DNA of 13,319 nucleotides, from contig JBMGUZ010000073.1 of NCBI GenBank assembly GCA_051530055.1, positions 1 to 13,319 of the forward strand, given 5' to 3'. Numbering within the stretch: position 1 is the first letter of the stretch; every line of letters begins with the position of its first letter. Source of the DNA: Neoechinorhynchus agilis (lineage: Eukaryota; Animalia; Acanthocephala). Position numbers and translations under genes: made by a program. Positions 1 to 8,940 of the stretch are shown one piece after another. Below the pieces are notes generated by a model. That model had not been told where the DNA came from, did no database searches, and worked only from the letters and a program-made list of their open reading frames with translations.

Positions 1-1
1 T

Positions 2-187
2 ACTACGAGAACCAATAAAAAAGAAGCAAGGAAGGAAAAACAAAGCAAATCGGGCAATGGCAGAAAGGCGATTGAGAAAATCGTTGAAACTTATAAAGCC
101 AGATCCGGCTCTGTAGAATATTACAAAGCGACCGAGGATGTAATTAACCAATTCTTTGGAAGTCTTAATTGTCAAGAAGAAAATTAG
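2..187 (+). CDS. 3' end of a protein-coding gene running in from the left edge; product unknown
   Basis: Frame +2 is open from the window edge: TTRTNKKEARKEKQSKSGNGRKAIEKIVETYKARSGSVEYYKATEDVINQFFGSLNCQEEN, TAG at 185-187, followed by AT-rich UTR-like sequence convergent with the next gene. No recognisable motif. Confidence 0.5.
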   Translation, partial: TTRTNKKEARKEKQSKSGNGRKAIEKIVETYKARSGSVEYYKATEDVINQFFGSLNCQEEN

Positions 188-504
188 AAAAAGTGGTTAA
201 ACCATTTTTCATTAAATACTTCACCGGTAACATTTATTTCGTACGGAAATACCTTTAGAAATATTCTTAACAAAGGTTTATTGTTTTGAAAGGGCGAGTT
301 TTGATTCAATTTTTTTAATTATCATAAGTTCGGATTACGAAACGTCTATTATTTAAAGGCAAATATCCCTTCACTTAAGCGTCTTTATAGTTTACGGATT
401 TCGATGTTTATCGTCATTTCTCTTAAAGCAATGGGACAATCAGATAAAACCAACAAAAGCCAAACACATTTTTAATAGATAGTCGCCTGAACACGGGCCC
501 ACCG

Positions 505-1959
505 TCAACATTTGCACATCGCTTCCCTCAATTGTTCAGCTTGTTCATTCGTTGCCATTTTCATCACACAGACAATACCTTTATCATTTGGTTGTCCCGC
601 ATAAAGTTCTGGGTGTGGAATACAGATAAACCGCACATTTTTCTTGCTTGCAACCTGTGGATTCATTGAGCGATTTAAACGAACCGAGAGCATTGTATCG
701 CCTTGGAAATTATCCGCCCGGAAAATGAGTGCTGTGTAGTCGGACCGTTTGACACAACTCAAAAATCCATACGATCGGAGGTGATATTTATCATCTTTTA
801 AGTAGTAAAATTTGCATTTGGCTTTATAAAACGCATCTGACTCGTAATGATCCTTTTCTTGTTCCAGCGCTTGAACCGTTGTTGGTGTCATCTGTAAATC
901 TGGCGTCGATTCTTCAATGATTACATCCTGTGACTTGGTGACTGGTGCCTCAGTTTCGTTGATTTGCTGTTCGGATTTCGACTGCGGTTCTGATTGCATT
1001 GAGGGTACTTTTGAGAGAGGTCTCTGAGATCCGCAACACACGCAGTTCTTCGAATCCAAATCGTTTTGAATTAAACACACAAAACACTTCCATTCGTCTC
1101 CTTTTGTATTCGAAGTCAATAGCTTTAAAGGTTCAGCTTGAGTTTCTTTGACGCACAAATCCGGCGTTTTTTGAGGTTTTGGCGCTGGTGGAGGGGTTTT
1201 TTGTTTATCGTTTTCCTTACATGACCGCGGTTGGTCACAGCACTTACAAAACTTTGCAGCATCCACATTACCCGCCAAACATAGATCGCAATTCCAATCC
1301 ACTTTTGCAGTGGTGATGTTATGCATGAGACCGACGAGATGATCCCTGCTATCTTTTTCGACCGATCGTCCATGTAAAGGAACCAATGTCCCAAACACCT
1401 TTGATTCCGCATCAATCTTTAAACGAGGTTGGGGCTGATAAGAATATTCGCGTTCTTCTTCTCCTCTTCTTAAAACGGGTGTCGCCGGTTTTCTTAATTG
1501 AACACGCGGTTTATCACCAACGTAAGCTATTCTTTTCGGCATTTCAATAATCTCGAGATCGTCAGTCTGACTCTCCGCGTCCTGTTGACTTGAACAATGT
1601 TCGTACAAAGCAAATTCCATCAGACGGATCTTCTTAAAAAAATCAAAGAGCTGATATTCCGACCTCGAAATCAACGTTGACGCGCCCGAATTCTTTGAGT
1701 GTTCAATCAACATTCTCATAAAGTAGTGAATGTACTCAGGAAATGTTTGGAATAGAAAACATGCGTCCTGTCCTTCGATAGTTCGACCACAGTGATCCAA
1801 AAAATCTTGATTTAGATCCGATAGGTCCTTTGAGAATGTCGGCAATAGGGTCGTTGATTGAGACCCGGTGCATTTCGCCGATAATTCAATTGTCTCATTT
1901 TTGTTGTCGATCGCCCCAGATGACATGGAGACGTTTGGTCCTATCCGACGATTTGACAT
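505..1959 (-). CDS. NUP50: NUP50-like nucleoporin: C-terminal Nup50-type Ran-binding domain plus two RanBP2-type zinc fingers; single ORF, first ATG at 1959
   Basis: Uninterrupted ORF (track 505..1998; first ATG at 1959). C-terminus DAFYKAKCKFYYLKDD...LIFRADNFQGDTMLSV...KKNVRFICIPHPEL closely resembles the animal Nup50 RanBD as recalled (DAFYSKKCKLFYKKD...LLVRADTNLGNILLNV...KNNVLIVCVPNPPI). Two W-x-C-x2-C-x3-N-x6-C-x2-C fingers: WNCDLCLAGNVDAAKFCKCC (nt 1296-1225) and WKCFVCLIQNDLDSKNCVCC (nt 1092-1018). Confidence 0.8.
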   Translation of the reverse strand: MSNRRIGPNVSMSSGAIDNKNETIELSAKCTGSQSTTLLPTFSKDLSDLNQDFLDHCGRTIEGQDACFLFQTFPEYIHYFMRMLIEHSKNSGASTLISRSEYQLFDFFKKIRLMEFALYEHCSSQQDAESQTDDLEIIEMPKRIAYVGDKPRVQLRKPATPVLRRGEEEREYSYQPQPRLKIDAESKVFGTLVPLHGRSVEKDSRDHLVGLMHNITTAKVDWNCDLCLAGNVDAAKFCKCCDQPRSCKENDKQKTPPPAPKPQKTPDLCVKETQAEPLKLLTSNTKGDEWKCFVCLIQNDLDSKNCVCCGSQRPLSKVPSMQSEPQSKSEQQINETEAPVTKSQDVIIEESTPDLQMTPTTVQALEQEKDHYESDAFYKAKCKFYYLKDDKYHLRSYGFLSCVKRSDYTALIFRADNFQGDTMLSVRLNRSMNPQVASKKNVRFICIPHPELYAGQPNDKGIVCVMKMATNEQAEQLREAMCKC

Positions 1960-2134
1960 TTCTAGAGCATATATTCCAGGAAAAACTGTGAGAAACACTC
2001 TTTTAAAGACACCAACATGAAGAACGGGAGTCCTCGAAAAAATATTAAAAAAAAACGAAATGAGTGCAAAATCAAGACGAAAAAACCCATAAAAAAATAG
2101 AGAAAATATGGAAAAATTTCGTTCCTGAAAGCTG

Positions 2135-2139
2135 ATTGG
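2135..2139 (-). promoter_or_regulatory. Candidate CCAAT box upstream of the NUP50-like gene
   Basis: gctgATTGGct on + reads AGCCAATCAGC on the gene strand, about 180 nt upstream of the ATG; matches the NF-Y consensus. Short motif, could be chance. Confidence 0.3.
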
Positions 2140-2771
2140 CTACTCTTTATCGAATCAAATGAAGATCAAAAATGGTGCTTTTAACGTGAAAAAAGAAGAT
2201 TTTTCGCTAAAAGCGAATCGATTTCCATTATTGCTTTGAATTCCTCCTACTCGAAAAACAAACACGCCAGGATCCCGAAATCGATTATGGGAGAAATTGA
2301 AAACAAAAATCGATTTGAATACAGATCAAATCACAAGTGGACGCAAGAATCGATTAACATTGTTATAAAACAAAAAATACTTAAATCGAGTAACAAAAAT
2401 TATTGTCTTTTAAAAATTTACCCCGACGAAGTTCCTAAATCTGTCTTTAATTAAAAACAGGACATTTGACAACAGTGAAAATAATACACCTTTTAAAACA
2501 TATTCTTCAGATAAAACAACCAATATAATTAGACTACAAATACGGAAGAATCGAAATGCAAGCTGTTATTGTCTAGGTCGCTTGTCGACTGATTCAATCG
2601 GTCGAAATATATTGATATTTAACGTGATCTCCCCGGGGAACCCGAATGCAATCCTCAACCGAAATGCAAGCGTGTAAACAAGCCAAAAAAAATCACTTTT
2701 CTATAAGATTCCTAAATTTAAAATGAAAATAGGATTGCATCGTTGTCATAATTCCCCGCCCGGATAAAATG

Positions 2772-2871
2772 AATTGAGATATTTCGTGAAAAGAGGAAGA
2801 AGCCTCGATTAAATCAATACAGAATTTTTTATGACTGATGAGGCTTCCATCTCTTTCGAAATATCTCAATT
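2772..2871 (+). ncRNA. Candidate hammerhead ribozyme embedded in an imperfect inverted repeat
   Basis: Complete core: CUGAUGA (2835-2841), G2842-C2857, GAAA (2858-2861). Type III reading: helix III aattgagata(2772-2781)/tatctcaatt(2862-2871) plus A2861-U2782, triplet AUU, helix I 2784-2793/2825-2834 (10 bp, 3 G-U). Helix II is weak (G-C, G-U, 12-nt loop). A competing simple hairpin is also possible. Confidence 0.5.
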
Positions 2872-2959
2872 AGTTTGAAGATTTCAAGGGTTTTTTTTCG
2901 CACGTATTAAATTTCGTAATGAACTAAAAGTTGGTTACAATATTTATCTTCTAAAAACC

Positions 2960-3039
2960 ATCTCAGATTCAATAAATTCATTTTTTCGTCCCATAAGTCA
3001 ACTTTTTTTTGGGTCGGAAAAACGAATTTAATCTGAGAT
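2960..3039. repeat. Imperfect inverted repeat / hairpin
   Basis: atctcagatt(2960-2969)/aatctgagat(3030-3039), aaattc/gaattt and ttttttcgtccc(2981-2992)/gggtcggaaaaa(3011-3022) form a nested stem. Confidence 0.6.
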
Positions 3040-3533
3040 CGTTGTTCTGAAAACAATCTCGGATATCCAATGTTCTTAAAATTCCACGAGCAATGTTAAC
3101 AATAAAGGTGATCATCAATTTAACATTTAATTGATGCTTTCATTTTGGTTTGCACTTTTGTACTCTCATTACACACTTCGTATTGTCGTTTTTTCAAATT
3201 GTTGGTATTTTGGTTTTTTGTCAACATTGTTTATCTTGTGCTCATGTTTTAGTAAATGAAGGCTATGATGGTTCATCGTCATCGATGTATGTAACCGAAT
3301 ATTTAAACCAGAACGGATATTCTAACCCCTAAAGGACATTTTCGCCCGATCTCACCAAATCCACATTCTGTAGTTTCAAACGAATATTGTTTTTGCAAAT
3401 ACTCAAAATGGAATCCATTTTTAGACCCTTATAGTACAAATACGGTAAATCCGAGCAACACAAATATATTGATCGATTATTCTGACTAAACATTCAACAT
3501 TATTATTTATGTATTTGTTTAAGACCAATAAGA

Positions 3534-4720
3534 TTAAGAACGGCTACTTAAATCACCGTATCGCAAAAGTTTAGCCAGAACGATATCCTTAGAGGCAAAA
3601 TTGGATCGCCTTCGTTGTAATCGGGAACTTCATCAAACGAGAAAAGCTTAGAAAGTTCAAGGCCAGTAAATTGTCGGTCAACGTGCTGTTCGCCCATTAA
3701 AAGTACAACAAGTTTCCCAGAGACGTCCAGCCGATAGCTTATAGATTAAGGATCGTCGCAAACTCCATGGATCAGTATTTGCACTTATTATAGAGGTTTG
3801 CCAATAAGGAGAAACTCGATCGGTAAACCGCTATTCTTCATTATCTCCGTCGTGATTTTCAAGATTATCTCCTCCGGATTTGCGTAATTTATCGCGGTTC
3901 CTAAATCGGTTGTTAAATTCACTCCTCGTACCCAAATTGTTCGGTTTTATAAAACGTTCCATTCTCTGCTAAATTATTTTGCAGCGGAGTCCCAGTCATC
4001 ACAATACGTCTTGGAATTCGGATGTTCGTACGTTCATTCTTTAAAATATGGTCTTCATCGCAAACCAACAAATCGAGGCAAGGATCAAAGAGTGTTTGAG
4101 GAATTTGATTATCATCCCGATAATTATTTAACCGCTCAATTATATTCCGAAATCGGCAGTGTGTCATTATGAGAACTGTGGGTTCAATAGATATTCGAAA
4201 ATCTTGAATGTTTTTGAGCTTATCAGAATCGTACATTTTATCGTCAAGTACAATCACATCAACTCTTTCTTCTAGTCGGATTCTTGACTGCCATCTCTGG
4301 AACTCCCTGGACCATTGGGTCAGTAGACCTTTTGGTGCTTGAAGAAATGCGATAACCGTAAAAGTTTTACTGAGTCCCATGCAATGTGCAAGGACACATC
4401 CTCCACTCAACTGCCTTCCAACATAATTGGTTTCAATCGTTTCAATGCAATTATCAAACAAAAAGTGGTATCCTTCGATTCGAGACTTTTTGAGGCACTT
4501 GGCAATAGAAGGATGTACCGATAAAAGCGGTTTCTTTGTTTTCGAGCCGTAATCGAGTTATATGCTTTTATCATCAGTTTCAGCTCTCTTCGATTCCAAA
4601 CGCTTCAATCGACTTCTTTTGACATGACCAATCGCGTTTGCTCATCGCGCTTATTATCTTCGCTAAAATTTTGTCTTCGACTTGATGACTAATCGCCTTT
4701 ATTTTTGAATGAATAAATTA
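3534..4720 (-). pseudogene. ATRX: ATRX (SNF2-family chromatin remodeller) pseudogene with stops, frameshifts and large internal deletions
   Basis: Collinear ATRX-like blocks across frames: LDYGSKTKKPLLSVHPSIAKCLK..IEGYHFLFDNCIE; GGCVLAHCMGLSKT (Walker A, GKT to SKT); DPCLDLLVCDEDHILKN (DEGH to DEDH); RRIVMTGTPLQNNL; after a frameshift FIKPNNLGTRSEFNNRF; LDVSGKLVVLL joined directly to EQHVDRQFTGLELSKLFSF; after another frameshift KDIVLAKLL. In-frame TAA at 4560-4558 and further stops. Confidence 0.85.
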
Positions 4721-5127
4721 AAGTTCGATGGCAACTCTCTGTCCTTTCTAGCTGCGTAGAATGAATTTTGGCTGAGGATTTACTACCGTATTTGAATCTT
4801 TTATTTATTGAAAGAAAAGAACGACATATCCCTATCGATTGCACAAAATGCAATCCCTTCGAAATGATACGAAAAAGTGGTTTCGGATAACGCGAAATAG
4901 AACTGTGAGAAACATGAATTTGTATTTGTGTCGAAAAACTTTATTTCTAACGCAACGCAGATTCTGAAACAATTGCTTTTTGGACAAAAATGATGGCACT
5001 GTAGTTGTTTGTGTTTTCTCGAAATCATGTTTACTCCCACCATTCAAAATAATAAATTCAATCTATGGGTTTAAAAAGTTGAATAGTCCTAAAATCATAC
5101 TAAGCATTTGATCTATGTAGCTATTTT

Positions 5128-5620
5128 TTGTTTAACGATCACAAACTCCACCTGAACTCCTCTAAATGCTTCGAAATGAAACCTTCATTCTCCCGCAACC
5201 TTACATCCTCCCTCGAGCTTCTAAATGGCATCATACGATTCACCTTCCCCTCAGGATTCTGGGTATCCGATTTCAATCCGAATTGGAATGGGACTCTCCC
5301 TCAAGCTCAACACTTTTAAAATTTACCTCTTCAAACGCCTCCGACATTTAGGAATCGCTTCACCCGATCTCTCCAAATTTTACTTCTGCTTTATCTTACA
5401 ATCCCTCGCCTACGGTTATCCGGTCCTTTGCAACCTTTCCAAATCTCAAACCCGTCACCTTGAAACGTTTCAAGAAGAAGAGCCTCCCCCCTTTCTCCAC
5501 CGACTGCCTTAATAATTTTTTTATAAAACCCCGCACCTTCCTCTACCTCCGCTCCTTTTCCGTACTGCCGAATCACCAGAAATGAACCCGAAAAAAGACC
5601 CAAAACCCCACAACACAAGA
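5128..5620 (+). mobile_element. Degenerate 3' fragment of a non-LTR retrotransposon (CR1/L2-like; end of RT domain and downstream region)
   Basis: Three successive frames give KLHLNSSKCFEM (cf. L.LN..KT..M at the RT end), RILGIRFQSELEWD (cf. K.LG..F...L.W) and IYLFKRLRHLGIASPDLSKFYFCFILQSLAYGYPVLCNLSKSQTRHLETFQ-RRA (the typical post-RT segment). Strong C/T skew on +, unlike the flanks. Confidence 0.8.
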
Positions 5621-5626
5621 CGTAAC

Positions 5627-5666
5627 AAACTGATGATGAACCCGGCGAGGTTCAAAGAGCGTCTTT
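5627..5666 (+). ncRNA. Degenerate minimal type I hammerhead-like motif
   Basis: aaa CUGAUGA U GAACC cggcga GGUUC aaagagcGUC uuu: intact CUGAUGA and a perfect 5-bp helix II, but GAAA is mutated to AAAG. Helix I is only 3 bp. Confidence 0.3.
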
Positions 5667-5948
5667 AATAGCTATAATCATTTAAAAATAATTTCAATCA
5701 CACTCCCCGGTACCTCACAAGTTTTCGCCCCTCGGGGCCCGTAATATACTCCAAAATTTGCAACATTTTTCAAAGAGCCTACAAAACGTTTATGGTCGTG
5801 TGTTTGCGAGGAACCAGAGGTAAATGGTTCCTTTACTTTGTTTTAAAATAAAATGCGTTCAAGAATGATAACGAGAGAGATTCTTCAAAGTCGTCGATAT
5901 ACCTTCGCTGAACTTAAAAACGCATCCAATGAAACGAAGACAAAAAAT

Positions 5949-7152
5949 TTATTGTCCACCTTCTCGCTGCGCATTTAAACTAATATTGGATTTTTGCAAG
6001 AAATGTCGATACAAATTGTACCGGCCAAGTCTTCGATGAGCGTGTGCCATCCGATAAAGCGCCTTGCTATCATTCGGTCTCATGTTGAACGCGAATTTGG
6101 CGAACGTAAGGGCGGTCGGTACTCTGTCCAATCTAAGAGCAACAAGACTAATATTGCAGTAGAGTTTGAAAAGTGCATCTTCAGTCATTATAGAAAAACT
6201 TTGGTTCATTACTTGATCATCGAATCGATTGTGATCTAATAACTTTATTGCTCGATCGAATCGATAATAAGCTTCGGACAAATCCTGATTTGCGAACGCT
6301 TCATTTCCTAGTTTATGAAGAGCGAGGGCCGTTTCGATTATTTCATCTGCGGTGTAATCGGCTTGAATGTAAGACAAATCAGCATTTGGACAAATGGCCA
6401 ACAGTGCCAATCGGTCGTAGATTGGTTGACACTTTAATAGCTTCACTGAATACAAAGCACTGCTGTCCGATGGAATGAGTGGAGGAGCACCTGCTCGACC
6501 ATAGAAGTAAAACGGTGAGAACAAAAACTCGGAATGCTCCCCGACTTGCATTGAACTGATCGCTATGGCCAAACCTGAAATCAAACTGCAATTCCATTCA
6601 CATTTTTCGTGATTTCGGCGAATTACAAACTTGTACGAATCACTAGGGGAATCGCGCAGCATTCCAGTTACTTCGAATGGTTCATATGAGCCTTCAAGAT
6701 ACGCTCGATAGGATATTGTGCATATGTGAAAGAAGATAAATAATAAAAACGCTCTTTAGATTATTCATCGTCTCTTAAGCAATGATACCTTGGTCAGACG
6801 GAATATCAATTGTTCCTTGATGAATTTGTTTCTTATAGACTCCTTCAGTTTGATGGCCGCACAGTTTGGTCATTTTATTCTCAATAACATAATCTTCAAA
6901 CACTTCTCCATTATACTGACCCGCACCGAGGAGGTTCTCGTAGAACGAATTGTCCGAATTTCGAGTCAACGAGTCGGGGTCTTCAATGTTCTGTTGAAAT
7001 ATCGCTTTAGGCTTCTCAGGTTCTAGGTTGAAGCTAAAGCCGTTTAGAACTTCGTTCAAATCAACTTCCACCCGTGGCCGATCTTCTTCGACCACATCAT
7101 CGTCGCGATGTGACAACATTCTCGATAAACTACTCATTGTTGATTCCGACAT
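5949..7152 (-). CDS. FKBP6: FKBP6/shutdown-like FKBP-type PPIase with C-terminal TPR repeats; at least two exons (7152..~6787 and ~6725..5949), possible third exon 5912..5833
   Basis: Exon 1 ends GVYKKQIHQGTIDIPSDQ(G). Exon 2 continues ICTISYRAYLEGSYEPF...GLAIAISSMQVGEHSEFLFSPFYFYGRAGAPPLIPSDSSALYSVKLL (FKBP domain, FKBP6-like), then TPRs ALALHKLGNEAFANQD..., KLYCNISLVALRL..., NDSKALYRMAHA. A 47-nt GT-AG intron 5959..5913 would extend the C-terminus (EVQRRYIDDFEESL...) to a TAA at 5833; that exon is speculative. Confidence 0.85.
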
Positions 7153-7555
7153 TGGTTTGTGTTCGTCTAAAAAACCAGAAAGGATTTGTAAGACGTTATT
7201 TTTTCAATTTGAGAAACCTCAGTAGTTTTTCAAAACATTCCAGTTTTTTTTGTTTCGAAACAGTCTTCGGAAAAGTACCAACCATCTAAACGTTTATTAG
7301 ACTCATTTTGTTTTTAATGGGCAAAGTGACATGGTGCACAATTTAGCCCGAGCAAAGAACGTTTAGTTATGAATACAATGATTTTGAAAATGAAAGCTTT
7401 ATAAATTCGCAGAAAAAATCCATTGTTTGATTGTAAGAATTATAGAAGTGTTTTGGTGAAAATTATCAATTGGTCATAACATATATTTGATTTATAGGGG
7501 AAATATGTGATGAATGGTTGATTATTCCCCCCCAAAAAAAGTATAATTTAATTAA

Positions 7556-7732
7556 CCGATTTATTTATTCAATCAATCTTCATTTCTCGACAATTAACAC
7601 ACTCACCACCTCCCGCCGAATTCCAGCTTTTGTCCTTCCTCGACCGTCACCAGGACAAAAGCTGGAATTCAGCGGGAGGTGATGAGTGTGTTAATTGTCG
7701 AGAAATGAAGATTGATTGAATAAATAAATCGG
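7556..7732. repeat. 177-bp near-perfect palindrome (foldback/MITE-like), 81-bp arms and 15-nt loop
   Basis: Arm 7556-7636 is the reverse complement of 7652-7732 with 2 mismatches; loop tcctcgaccgtcacc. A 12-bp direct repeat atttaattaacc lies at 7546-7557 and 7763-7774. Confidence 0.95.
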
Positions 7733-8100
7733 GGAAGTCGGAAAAAAACTGTAAAGCTCCTTATTTAATTAACCTGAAAGGATATTCTCTGTCGATGAAT
7801 AAAGGTGTTTTTCTGGCGTAAAAACAATAAAAAAGGTGTAACGGACACTTCTACAAATTATCAGCAACGGTTTTGTAGGGCATTGATAACAACAGAAAAT
7901 GAAAACGTCCATGAACTCAAGGAATCCAGATTGGTGGCACGTAACCTGAGAACGCTTCAAGCAATCATCCTCTAATTTTAATAAAAATTCATCTTTCATT
8001 TTCGCTAATTCGAATAAACTCATCAAATAAGAAAGTGTGCACTCCTAAGGATGAACATTCACTAGTTTCATGATCGGGAATTGGGTTTTTAAAGGAGAAA

Positions 8101-8940
8101 AGTTTCCTTGATGTATTTTATGTGAAACAATCTTCTGTTTAAAAACTGAGCTATTCATGTTTGTTTATGGGGCTTAAAAATTATTGGATTTAATAAATTC
8201 CTATAATTTTTAAGTCTCATAAATAAGCATGAGCAATCTTCTTTCGATCGTAGTCGCATAGTGCGCTTTAAGAAGCTGATTGAAATCTTTTCCTTGATAA
8301 ATACGTCCACACTACTTGTCATATTTGATTAAACTTTTATAGCTTTCAAATTCGCTTGGGTCTAAACCGATTCTTATTGCGATTCAGAAATAAGTTCTTT
8401 GTTAATTTTATATAAATCCAAAAAACCGTTCCCTCGTAGTGGAAAATGCCAAATTTGGGGACTTTTGGACACTAATGGTGGACCCGTTGGTAAATCCTTC
8501 TTTATCGTATCAACTTCTAGTTTTGACATGAACCAAGCGAATTTAACATTGGCCTTCAATCGGACGATTAGTAAAATGGCATTTCGAGTTAAATTTACGG
8601 ATTGTTGACTTTCTTTAAGTATGAATGATTGGACTAAAAAGTATCCAAAATTGACCATAAAATATAATTTAACCAAAAACCGATGATGTTGTTCGACAAT
8701 TTAAAGGAAGAACTTATTGGTCATTTTTGATAGAGAAAATCAAGGCCAGTTTTTTAGAAGCTCTTCAAAATTTTAACAGTTTTGGTCTGAAATAATTATT
8801 AGACTTGTCATTGAAACCCATTTGGAAAAAAACGAGGGTTGCCTTAATAGATGCTGTAAATATTTTATCGCTTTATGAAGTAATGGCTTTTTCACTTTAA
8901 AAACATAGCTAAAACCCGACTTAGTTTCAGCCTCTGACAT
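8101..8940 (-). pseudogene. Probable HUS1-like (9-1-1 clamp subunit) pseudogene or badly frameshifted gene
   Basis: ATG at 8940 (MSEAETKSGFSYVFKVKKPLLHKAIKYLQHL), possible 31-nt GT-AG intron 8817..8787, then collinear fragments in shifting frames resembling recalled HUS1: TKTVKIL/RASKKLALIF (cf. LAKTCTLRISPDKLNFIL), NLTRNAILLIVRL..KLEVDTIKKDLP (cf. NLSR..NARALKIKL..VEL..IVTHDIP), ATTIERRLL..LLNP (cf. VHIDIRKLL..QVNP), EDCF..KYI (cf. EDVSLQYFI). Low identity, matched by eye only. Confidence 0.4.

Noticed and set aside
2629-2640. TCCCCGGGGA as an EBF/COE binding site
   Set aside because: A single short motif with no supporting context.
4801-5047. Remnant of the ATRX ADD/PHD finger (CHHFCPK, RDCILCN)
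   Set aside because: The position is right but the similarity is limited to a few Cys-containing words in different frames; not enough to call.
1125-7289. Short ORFs antisense to or overlapping the real genes (for example 1125..1415, 4339..4524, 5391..5618, 5994..6239, 6248..6478, 6379..6597, 6790..7289) and intergenic ORFs 2236..2454 and 3150..3332
   Set aside because: Shadow ORFs of coding or retroelement sequence, or short AT-rich ORFs without any supporting motif.
7603-7670. Cloning-vector-like words (acaaaagctgg, gaattc) in the palindrome
   Set aside because: Only an 11-nt match, with no adjoining polylinker or promoter in the correct order; treated as coincidence.
7769-8026. 85-aa minus-strand ORF as a gene
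   Set aside because: No recognisable motif; short, and adjacent to decayed sequence.
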